From Marsupella aquatica (Eukaryota; Plantae; Marchantiophyta): a DNA stretch of 64,000 bases. A model generated the notes under the pieces. It did not search any database, had not been told where the DNA came from, and saw only the letters and a program-made list of their open reading frames with translations. Both the position numbers and the translations under genes were made by a program. Of the stretch, positions 38,101-49,171 are shown piece after piece (position 1 is the first letter of the stretch; every line of letters begins with the position of its first letter). The stretch spans positions 19,927,048 through 19,991,047 of the forward strand of contig OZ316891.1 in assembly GCA_973895155.1 (NCBI GenBank), read 5' to 3'.

Positions 38101-40937
38101 TTTCTCGTTTCCTGTTGCTGCTGATGTATGTTTGTTCTCCCCTATTTTTGTTTACTGATTGGTCTCTCCACACTTCCTGCTTGACATTACTGTTTTGCTC
38201 CTCCTGGATCCAAACATGCCTTGTGCCCCGTGCTCCAACCTGCATCCTTTTCTTTACTGAGGGGGGGACCACAGCCTCCAGCCATACCTTGTGGCAGGCC
38301 TGGTCAAGACGGTGGTCGGTAGCTCGTTTTTGCTTTTTTCTCTTTTGTTTCCCAAGCTTCTGGGCGAGGGCATTACCATTCTGGATTCTCCGCGAGGCGC
38401 CACTAGCTTTTTTTCTCGGTTGCCCGTGTGCCTGCCTTCTTAGTTTTGTTTTTTCCTCAAGTGACCGGGCATCGCTGTATGCAGATTTTTCTTGTTGTAT
38501 TCATGTACAATATTTTATTGTTCTATCTAGGTTGTGGCAAGCCAACAAACTGTTGACAACCAACATGGAATAACAACTATGCAGTGCAATGGCAGAGGAC
38601 ACTGTCCAATATAGGAATGACATGGTTATGTTTTCAATTCCCTGCTTGGATGAGGCGTGGTGTTGCTTGTAATCATGTATTTCTTCACACTAGAAAAGCA
38701 GTCTGTCGGATGAGGTTGTCGGGATTGTTTGTGGGTCAGTCATCTTACGGACACCTAGCAACGTCAAATGAATGGTGGAAACGGGCCATGTTGTCATTTT
38801 GAAATTTGTCTTTCCTTTTGCCATGCTACCCAATCATTTTGTTAGTCCATGAGTCATAGATTCATAGATTCTATGTTTTGTGCTTTGTCTAGAATGCTAT
38901 GGCGCCCATGCTACAATTTGTGGTTTTTGTCTAAGCACAAATCCTCTCTGTGCCTGGTCTCTGTGTACCGTCATTTGGATTGATTGTGCAGACGTTTCCT
39001 CTTCTCCCAGTCCTTGTCATCCACCAGCCAAAGCACATTGGATTGTTTTCAAAGGAGGGCTGTGTAGTTCGGAGGGTTTGATCTATGCAGCGGATTTGAG
39101 CAGATTGGCGGTTGTTAGTTTCTTCTTGTAAAACCTGTCTGTCTTTTCTGCTTTTGGCCATGCTCCTTCACTTGTTGCTGCAAGCTCAATGTGCTTCAGC
39201 TATGGCAATATTCACTTACCCTGTCCCAACGGCACTGCCATGAGCTGTAGGACAGCCAACAGAAGCAGATTGTATCAATTGCATGTAAGTCAGGGTATTT
39301 TATGTATTGCGGAACAACTGTCCAAGTATGCTGCAATGGTCCATCTTGCAGAGCTGAATGAGCCAATTTCATTTTCCCTGTGCACTTCTATTTCTCAGAG
39401 AATTCCCTGGTCATGCTCATTTCCCCCAGAGTTAGAAAACAAAGAAGAAGAGCTGACTAATTGTAATTCCAATCCATATCCTGATCGGTCAAGGATTGTT
39501 CACTACATTGGCCTTGTCATTGGCCGAGGTCACCAAATTTTGCTTGGTTTCATTCCTGTGGAGCACTGCTGTGATGGATTTGTCGTAGCATTCTACAAAC
39601 TCTCACGGTTTGCTTATGGCCATTATTTGCAATTTGCTGCTACTAATATGTCTTCTTCTGAGCAGCATACACCAGAAGTAAGCAATAGTGGAGGTTTAAC
39701 TGCACATCAACACATCTAGTGAACTACCTCTCTGCTGCTCACTGGAGGGTGAGACTTTCACTCTTTCTGGATATTGTAGTTTGTAAGCAAGTTGATTAGG
39801 AGTGTTTCATGCTATGTTTACACTGTGACCCCTAGCTGGAACCAATGGAATGACACAGTGAGTGGGAACTGATAATTTAAGGTTGGTTGCTGTTGGTGAG
39901 GCAAGTACAGCTCCTGCTCACCTTGCTGATCGAAGGTGCTTATCAGAGGACGTGAACACACGACATCTCCACAAAAGCAACACTTATGGTGAGGACCCGC
40001 AACGCTGAACATGTGAGGCTTGCACGCAAGGCAGAGATGTTGCGCCTTGAGTATGTCAGACTTGGGATCCTTCCAGCCCAGTCTGCATGGTACTTTGAGT
40101 ACCCAGTTGTTGCCAGGAACAACTACAGTCGGCCTGTACCTGCTTCTCCACCCTTCCCAACATCCTTGGTATTTCTGTCTCTTGTACATGACCCGCCACA
40201 AATTAGGGCCCAAGGGTGTGTGCACAGTTGCCAATATGACTGTCCTGCCTGTAGGGCTTCTGGCCTAGAGTTGGATGACCGTTCTCTTGGATGTCGGTTT
40301 TTTCACAGAGCACAATGTATCATCTGGAACCACTCGCCATCCTGCAGTGTGCCTGGCAATGTCACTTGTCCTGCCCTCCCAGACCCCACCACCGGTCACT
40401 TTGGTGTCTACACATGTTTGGATCACACGCTCTAGAGGACCACTTGTCACACCGCATGCACAAACCAGAGACCATTGACCTATAACTTAACACTTTGACT
40501 TGAACAGAGAGGATATTTACTTAAGATTTTGAATTATGACCAATTTTGGGTCCAGGGTTTAGGGTCAACAGTACATAACTTATCCTATTATGGCTGCACT
40601 AAGTACAATATCCTAATTTAAGAGGCTAGCAAGCTCACTTAAAAGTCTCCTTTCAAAGACTGGAATTAATGGGCCATGTGATAACCTGGAAAAAGTGATT
40701 TATGCCTAACTTATTTGTCTCATTCACTATCATAGCCTATTTAGGATGTATAAATTACAACCCTGATCACACTGCTTGATACCAATCCTGTTCAAAAAAT
40801 GCCTGTTTTACATGTCACGACTGTTATATGTGATTCAAATGCATTAAATCTTGTTGCAGATCTCCTTTGGTGAATCATAGCCACAAAATTGAGGTGTAGG
40901 TGGAGCTATTGTACGAGGGGATCAGTTTTTAGTGTGA

Positions 40938-43489
40938 GACAAAAACAACCGTTATTCATGTTGGCCGGTTACGCTGCTAAATTACAACCTTCCCCCATGG
41001 ATGACTACAAAGAGGTTTTTTGTCATGATGGTGCTGTTAATCCCTGGACCAGCTTCTATGACCGAGCAATTCATAGATATCATGTTGGCTCCAGCAGTGG
41101 AAGAGTGGAAGACTTTGTGGATAGAAGGGGTGTTAACCCATGATGTTCTGAAGGGGCTTCTTCGACCCAGCCCCTTTAGACTGCATGCAATTTGTTTGCT
41201 GGATATAGCAGATTACCCAGGCCATGGCATCATATCTGGACGAGTGACAAAGGGCTATGTGGGGTGCACACCATGTGGGAAAAATGTGACAAGTGAGTGG
41301 TCGCATGCCCTGCACAGTATGAAATTTCAGGGGCATAGAAGGTATCTGCCTGTTGATCATCCTTACAGGCACACACGGTCTCAAATTGCACACTTCAACA
41401 ACAAAACAGAGCTTCGTGGCCCACCACAGAGGGTCACCAGAGAGCAAGTCCTGAGGTGGGCAGCCAGGAAGGCTGATTGGGACAAGAGAAGTGCCACTGA
41501 TCGAGAACCTGAGGATCCAGTGGTGAAACACGGTGTGAAAAGACAGACCTTGATGGACTTGGAGTTGGAGTACTGGAGGGTAATGTACTTAGCCTCCAGC
41601 CCCTGTATGATTGCAATTTTAGATTGGAGCAATGGTGGATTGATGTTGGTTACAATCCTCCTATGTGGTTAATTAGTGTTTCTGTTGTTGAATTCTTTGC
41701 TTTGTGGAGTGCAGGAATTCGAGCCCAGCAAACACAATGTGGACGTCATGCACATTGAGAAAAATATTTGTGAGAGCTTGCTGAAGTTCTTGTCGGGTGA
41801 GAAAGATACAGGAGCAGTTCGAGCTGATATGCAACAGAAGGGGATTCGCCCTCACCTTTGGTTGAAGCCCCATGCAAGCAATCCCAATGTACTTCTCAAG
41901 TTCCAAGCTCCCTATGTGTGCACACAGGATGAATGGAAGACATTCTTGTATAGATTGAGCTGTCTGAAAGTGCCCTCTGGCTATGCTGGTGCCTTCAAGA
42001 AGCATATTACAAAGAATAAACTTGGCAGTATGAAAACACATGACTACCATGTGTTGATGCAGCACATTCTGCCCCTATGCCTCAGAGGTCTCATGCAGAA
42101 ACCAGTCCGTAATGTCATTCTTCGACTGTGCAATGTATTTCGCCGTATATGTGTGAAAGTGTGGGATCCCCAAGGATTGGAGCAGTTGAAGCAGGATGCT
42201 GCTTATGTCCTCTGTGACTTGGAGATATACTTCCCCCCTGCTTTCTTTGATGTTATGACTCATCTCCTAATCCATGTGGTAGAAGAGCTAGGGCAGTATG
42301 GGCCAGTCAGTACCAGATGGATGTACCCTATGGAGCGATACATGAAGTTGTTGAAAGGTCATGTGAGAACATACTACAGGCCAGAGGCTTCCATGGCATT
42401 GGGGTACATTAAGGATGAGACGTTGGGATTCCTAACAGAGTACATGGCTGGGTCTGGTGAAGCTATGACAAGAGTTTGGAAATCTGGTGAAGATGATGGA
42501 GTGAGTGGCGAGGTTGTTGAAGGTGTGGGATGTGCTGTTCAGCTGCCTGTTGCGATTCGAGACAAGGCTCATTCATATGTGCTGGCAAACACAGAGCCTA
42601 TGCAACCATGGTGGAGGTGAGTGATTGAATTGACTTGCCTTTGTTGTGATGCTTCTTGTCTGTTCCAAGGGTGATCTTAGGTTGTCATGTGTTGTTTAGA
42701 CCTAACTATGCCTGTACCTCATATTGCAGGGAATATGATATGCAAAAAGCTGCACACTCTGGGCAGCAGGATCCCTTCCCACAGTTCGAGCAGTGGATTC
42801 GGGTGACAATTCGAGAGCATAGTAGACATCACCCAGATATGGAGAAGGATTTGTATCTTCTATCTGTGCCACCACGATTGTCTATTCTGACCTACAAACG
42901 GATGAGAGCTTATGGAAATCATTATCGAGTGAGGGATGAGCAGGGTGACCATTGTGTATCATATGATTGTGGTTTGATTTCTGTGTTTGAGCAGAGAACC
43001 TCTGAAGAACAGAGGGGGTGGATGAAGATGGGTTACGTGGGGGAGTTGACCGACATTTGGGTGTTGAATTATGGTAACACAAGTGTCCGAGTGATATTGA
43101 TGAAGGGATCATGGGTGAAATCAGAGTGGCAGAGACCAAGGGCCACCATGAAGCGTGATCATGATGGGTTCTTGTTGGCCAATTTTAGGTCCAGAGTACC
43201 AGAATGGTCTGAGCCTTTTGTTTTCCCTAGCCAAGTTGAACAGGCTTTCTTTGCAGATGTGGAGGAGTCACATGGCTGGAGGGTGGTATGCCATAGCCAA
43301 GCACGGAACAGGCGGATGGATGGAAGTAAAGTAGAGTTCAGTTTGGATGACCATGCTGCATTCGAGCATCCTAGTCATGAGACTGTACTTCCAACTCGGG
43401 CAGGGACTGACTACATCCCCTTAACATTGAGAGAGACATATGATGAACCTGGGCAAATGGAATATGATGAGGTTGATGATTTGCAATAG
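40938..43489 (+). pseudogene. CACTA TnpD-like transposase (Transposase_21/DUF4218/DUF4216 type), 5'-truncated
   Basis: Exons 40938-41579, 41715-42616 and 42730-43489 join in phase. Motifs YSCWPVTLLNYNLPPW, DYPG, HRRYLPVDHPYR, HNVDVMHIEKN, MKTHDYH, FFDVMTHLLIH, RWMYPMERY, EPFVFPSQVEQAFF. An in-frame TGA lies just upstream (40935) and no N-terminal half is visible. Confidence 0.92.
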
Positions 43490-43666
43490 GCAACAGCTGG
43501 CGATTGGCAAGTATGAGGTTGAGGATGACTACCTGCACAGAGTCACAGAACGGGAATTGCTGCCTGGAATGATGTTTAGGATAGTTGGATATGCATGAAA
43601 TTGATTGATACTTTGAATTTAGTGTGCTGATTCTCCCTGTTTGGTTGTGGGTGCTGTGCAGAAGCT

Positions 43667-46600
43667 ATGGGGGAAGAGGGTGATGACATGGAGACAGACA
43701 TGGGGCTTGGAGAGTGGGGTGAAGAGGAAAGATTGGATATGGATGGAGACCCAGATGCAGGGGGCTCACAGAAAAATGCACCTGTGCAGGATGCACAGGG
43801 CCCTCATCAAGTCCCAGGTAGGTGGGCAACTAGAGAGAAATCACATAATCCATACCCTAGAAGGAGCCAGAGTTATTGGCAAGGGACGCCTGATAATTAT
43901 GATGATGACTATGATGGAGCAGAAGATGGATGGGATGAATATGAACACCCAGAGCATGGTAGAGACGGGTACAGAGGGCAATGGACAGGTGAGGAGGATG
44001 ATTGGACAAGTAAGTGCCTTGTGCTAGTGATTTTGTGATGGTAGTAGAGATTTAGCTCAATATGGACTTATCTGATGTGTAGCTAGGGCAAAGAGTTTAT
44101 CTTACAAGTCCATGAGTGTGGCATGTACCTGTTGGTATGCAGACTCTGATTGGGACAATCACGAAAACAACAAAGGCCATCCACGTTCAGATAGGCGGCA
44201 ATCATTCACAGGCGGGAGAAACGGCCCTAATTCATCAAGACAAAGCAATAGGACAGGTGGTCCAGAACCATCTATGCGCCAAGGGAGAGGTAACTTGGTC
44301 ATTGCAGAATTGCTCTGAAGTCCAGTGTATATTTGGCAGCAGGATTTATGATTCATACTTACCTAATGTAAGTGACTGTAAATGGATCCTGTAAATGTGC
44401 AGGGACTCCAGGGAGGTTTGGACAATGCAATCCAGGCCGTGGGGGGAGATCAGGCCGTGGAGGGACCCCAGGCCGTGGGGGGACACCAGGCCGTGGAGGG
44501 ACACCTAGTAGCGCTTCAGGGAGTACCAAGGCAGGAGACAGTAACAAATTTGGTAAAGTAGAAGTGAATTCCAAAGGTTGGATAACTCCCACATGTGATG
44601 GTAAGAACCGTTGGCATTCTGACCTAAGAGGAGAAGTATTGCGTTGGTTAGATTTGAGCATTACAGAGTTTAGGAGTCAGAACAAAGCTGATTGGGCTGC
44701 TATCTGCAAGGACATTCTTGAACAGTGGGACTATGTTGGTAATGATGGTAAGGGCCCAGTTGAAGATTGCATATCAGATTATGCAATGAGGATTTTGAAA
44801 CAAGAGAGGCATAGGTTGAAAAGGATGTGGATAGACAATGGTTCTAACAGGAGAATGCCACCACCCCCATCATTGGAACTGGATCAATGGACACGGTTAA
44901 TCAAAGGGTTCATGTCGGAGGCTGGACAGAGCAAGAGTGAACTGATGTCAAATGCTCGAGGCAAAGTGAAACACCTTTCACAGGCTGGGAGAGGAAGTTA
45001 TGCTCCAGTGAAAGAACAATTGGTAAGGCAGTGACATGCCTAATAGTAAGCCTCAAACTTATCATCTTGCTACCATTATTACATTTTCATTGACAATCAA
45101 CACTTGGTTTCATTCATATGTATGTTGATGTGGACTGCAGAAGAAATTGACAGGTGAAGAACCATCAGCACAAGAAGTGAGAGAGGAGTTCATGAAACAA
45201 AGGAGTGAGGTGACAAGTGTGACTTCCAAACAGGTGATTATGTTGTAATTCTATATGTTCTGTGACTATTTGGCCTTGAGCATCAGAAAGAATTGTAGTA
45301 GGAAGTAAGCAACCAGTTCTTGGGGACAATTATCTGAGATATGTAAACTGTGTTATGACAGGGAACTGTTACAACTCTCACAAAGATGTCTGAACGGTTG
45401 AAGTCATTAGAGTGTGGACTCCCTCGAGTGGAAAGTAAATTGGCTGATCGTTTGGATATTGTGGAGGCATCTGTAGCGAACCTTCTTGCATCAGTGGAAT
45501 CTAATTTCAAGCTTGTGATTGAAAAATTGGGTGGTTCCCAACCAAACAATGAGGGCAACATTGTACAAAGTGTGCCCTTGTTAACAAAAAAGGGAATTGG
45601 CAAATCTGACACAGGTATGCAATGAGGATTTTGAAACAAGAGAGGCCCATTGTTCATTGTGTCCTATGTTCAAATGTTAGAAGTAAGTTTTCATGAATTG
45701 AGTGAATGGTTTGAATGCAGGAAGAGTGGAGGCAGAGAACCTGGACCCTGTAATCGGTAAGCAGAATGGCAAAAAGGTTGCTGAGACAGGTAACCTGCTA
45801 TGATCCAGTACATTACATTTGAAAAGTGCATGGAGTTTTGTGAAGCTTAAGCCGGTTGGAGGTAATCTTTTCTGTAAGAATTGGTTGGATAAACTGGGAA
45901 TTGAAGTGACATCATGATTGATGTATCAGGTGATTCAAAGAGCAATGAAAAAGATGTGCCCAGTGCCTCAGTGACCATAGCCAAGGAGGTATCAGGTAAG
46001 CTGATGCTTTAAATTCCTCTCCTACCATTGTTGAGAAACAATTCAGTGGTTAATAGATTGAACCTGAATCTTGTGGTCTGTTTATTGATCAGCAGAAGCA
46101 GACATGGAGGATATGGCAATGGCAAAGAAGGGGAAGAAGGCTGTTCATAATGGTAAGGAGATAGTGACAACTTTGTGGATGGTGACATGTACATGGCGCA
46201 CATGTGATGAGTGATTCACTTATGTTGGACAATGCATTGAATTGTAGTTGATGCAGAGTTGACAGACTCTCAACCAAGTGGGAGCAGGGTGAAGCGACGT
46301 CGAAACTTGGGAGCAACATTGGATGCAAGTAAGATTGTAGATGCTTCAATTGAAGCAAGTACAATGTTAGCAGATACTGAGATGATGTCGCAGGGAAATC
46401 CTGCTACACAATCGGAAGTGTCAAATATGGATGCAGATTCTTTGAAGAAGAGTGTAGCCAATTCTCGATCACCAGCACAAAACACTCGTGCCAAAGTCAT
46501 GACTCGCAACCAAGGTATGAATAATGTCATGTATAAGCCACCCAGGAAAGCCAAGAAAAACAGCCAGGGTAAGGTGGAGGTGATAGCCACAGCAGAGCCA

Positions 46601-46852
46601 GTCCATAATCTTCTATCATGGGAGAATGACTCGCAGGTATGTGTGGGTACAGGCATTTTGCGACCGGATCATGCTAAATTCCATGGCAAAGTGGTCCCGG
46701 ATGACCATGTAGTAGTGTTGTTGACTACAGTGATTGTATCTGATTGTAATTTGCCATTTCCGAATAGAGACGATGATCCACCTCAAGAAATAATTGCAGA
46801 TGCAGTAGGATCTCTTGTGCTCTGGCCATCAGAGTGTGTTAGTCTGCAGTGA
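43667..46852 (+). CDS. CACTA TnpA-like accessory protein, 9 exons, ~748 aa, apparently intact
   Basis: Exons 43667-44009, 44143-44289, 44403-45022, 45141-45233, 45362-45614, 45721-45789, 45930-45995, 46093-46152, 46257-46852. All are GT-AG, phases match and there is no internal stop. Contains PPPSLELDQWTRLI...SELMSNAR (Ptta/Transposase_24-like) and a C-terminal FHGKVVPDDHVVV...LPFP...DAVGSLVLWP (Tnp1-like). Confidence 0.85.
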
Positions 46853-47239
46853 CTGAATACAAGTGTAGATAGAATCATGTGAATTGTGTTACATTTTGAC
46901 ATTGCCTTGGAAAAATCCAAGAAATATCTGTACCAATTTTTCCATTTGGTAAAGAGGATGAAGGAGCCGTTGTGTGTGACATTGATATTTCTGAATTCTG
47001 TATGTATGAAACAAGTGATTGATGTCAAACTATGGCTCTATGGTGATTGTCTATGATACTTGAATCTGTTTTGTATCAATTCAGTATTAGTGTGTATGGT
47101 ATAGACGAATGCTTTGTGACCTTCTTTGTAGTCTATGATGTTTGAATCTGTGAATTCATATTAGTGTACATGGTATAGAAGATGGCTTTCTGAAAATTTG
47201 TGTGAGGTTCTAATGTTAACATGGTGAATGGTGACCTTA

Positions 47240-47735
47240 TAGAGTGAGTTCATTCCAAGTACACAATAAAACATGAATGAAATGTGTTATTTGTGCACAA
47301 GAGTGAGTTCATTCCAAGTAGTATAGTGGGGTCTTCATCACTCATTTCCAGTTGACATGAAAGACTTGTACATACCCCACAAAGTGTCTACTTTAGTCGT
47401 TTTATAAACCCCCACAAAGTGTCTACTTTAGTCATTTTATAAACCCACAAAGTATATTTAAAGACTACCCTCCATAACCTTTTGAGTTGTTCCCAACGAC
47501 TCACCATCGCAGCCCATAAAAGACTGAAAAAGACTCACCAAAGCTACCCACACAAAGACTAAAATAGACTGAAAATCCAGTCTATTAAACGACTTATAAA
47601 CCAGTTCTATAAAGGACTCAGTTGATTATAGTAACAAAACATACGACTCGCAGTCCTATAAAGGACTAGAGTCCTTCCCAGTCGTTTCCAAGTCCTATAC
47701 GGTATTGAATAGTCGTTTAATGGGGTCTAAATACC
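47240..47735. repeat. CACTA 3' subterminal repeats
   Basis: Dense AAAGACT, ACGACTC, AGGACT and AGTCCTATA motifs in both orientations, plus 21-bp and ~35-bp duplications. The same motifs occur at 35215-35335. Confidence 0.8.
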
Positions 47736-47756
47736 CCCCGGTTTCTACTAGTGACA

Positions 47757-49171
47757 TGATGTTCCTGCGGTCACCTCATGCATTGACCAAGAAATTGATT
47801 GCTCTGAGCAGAATCTTTTTATGGGGCACTAATGAGCTGGGGGGCAAGCGTGTTCCACTGGTGGCATGGGAGAAGCTTACTCGGCCCAAGGGAGATGGTG
47901 GCCTCGGTCTAAAGGATTTTCGAAGCCACTCTGATGCACTGTTGAGTAAGTGGTTCACCGGAGCCCTTGATCATCCAACTTCTGAATGGGCTTTATTGTA
48001 TGCAGAGAATCTCACCCTTATCAAATGGACGAACTATAAGACAGTACGCAGGAATAGGTACTCGATGTCGGACAAGATGCTACTCAGCACCCCACGCTCT
48101 TTTGAGAGATTCATCTACACTGGTCAACTATGGGCTGCTTGGGATCTAGTGCGAGCCAATCTTATTTTCTCACCTGGGGGATTTGCTATCCCTGGCCACT
48201 GGGGTATGGAGGATCTGCTACGGAGTATGATCGGTTTCTATGACCTTCCTGAGTCGCACCTTTTGGAAATTGTTAAGATCTGTGGCTGTCTAGGTTTTCA
48301 ATCGGTTTCTGACCTGTGGTCTCATGCGGACAATGAGTGGAAATCTGTGGATGCTTTGCTGTCACGCTTCAGGGGACTCTCTCGGGAGGCGAAACAGGGG
48401 ACGCTTGCCTTTATCCAGGCTATTCACGGATCGGCCTTCAGGGGACGTGCTTTTGACTCTATAGCCAGGCAATGGCGGTGGCTTGACAAAGATGTTGCTC
48501 CCCACTGCTTTAGGCTCTCTAATCACCGGGTGTATGAAATGCTCCACCCTAAGGGCTCTGACTTTGGCAGGCTCAACCGGATCTGGAATGAAACCCTGAC
48601 TGAGGCTGATTGGTGCAGGGTCTGGGTAGTGGTGTGGAGTGCTGATCTCTCCACTAAGGCAAAAACTTTTCTTTGGCAGATTTTGGCTCAGGGGCTCTTC
48701 TCTGGCTCTAGGGCTCTCAGGATGGACAAATCTGACGGCTCATGTACTCTGTGTGTCTGCACTGTGGAAACTATTCCCCACATTTTCCTTTTTTGTAGAC
48801 ACGCGACCTGTTGCTGGAGTTTGGCCAGGAGCTGGATGAATGGACTACTCGACATTGGACCCGTGTCTATTGTTGGCTTGCTCTCATCCACCTTGGGGAA
48901 GGAGCCTTTGACTACTTTGCATCTCTTCCTCTTACATCAATCTCTGTGGTGCATTTGGCTGGCGAGAAATTCTCAAACGTTTGACCGTTCTAAGCTGAGA
49001 ACTTTTGATCAGATATTGATCTTTTCTGAAACCTTAGATCACTTGACTGCTATTGTTGCGGCTTCTGCCCTGGGCAGGAAACACCACCGGCTCACTCAAG
49101 CCATCTCACTTCTAACTGCGGAGCAACTTAGGATCCTTGGTAGCGGTGTACACTGCACTGTTACACACTGA
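47757..49171 (+). pseudogene. LINE copy 1 ORF2, 3' part (post-RT region and zf-RVT)
   Basis: FLWG...LVAWEKLTRPKGDGGLGLKD; KTFLW...CTLC...ETIPHIFLFC; WCIWLARN. Continues the frame broken at 35180. Confidence 0.93.

Larger units (their letters stand above)
35181..47753 (+). mobile_element. CACTA (En/Spm) DNA transposon, 12,573 bp, nested in LINE ORF2
   Basis: Perfect 18-bp TIR CACTAGTAGAAACCGGGG at both ends; 3-bp TSD ACA (35178-35180 / 47754-47756). Removing the element restores the LINE frame PVYH|MMFLRS. Subterminal GACT-core repeats occur at both ends. Confidence 0.98.

Noticed and set aside
39189-39719. 176-aa plus-strand ORF in the CACTA
   Set aside because: No recognisable motif, and splice signals favour the opposite strand.
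38686-40936. Second CACTA nested inside the first (CACACTAGAAAAG ... TTTTTAGTGTG)
   Set aside because: Only ~10 bp of terminal match, and the flanking triplets differ (TCA versus TGA), so there is no TSD.
47705-47756. N-terminus of the 488-aa ORF as a separate gene start
   Set aside because: It is read-in from the CACTA TIR; the ORF is the severed 3' half of LINE 1 ORF2.
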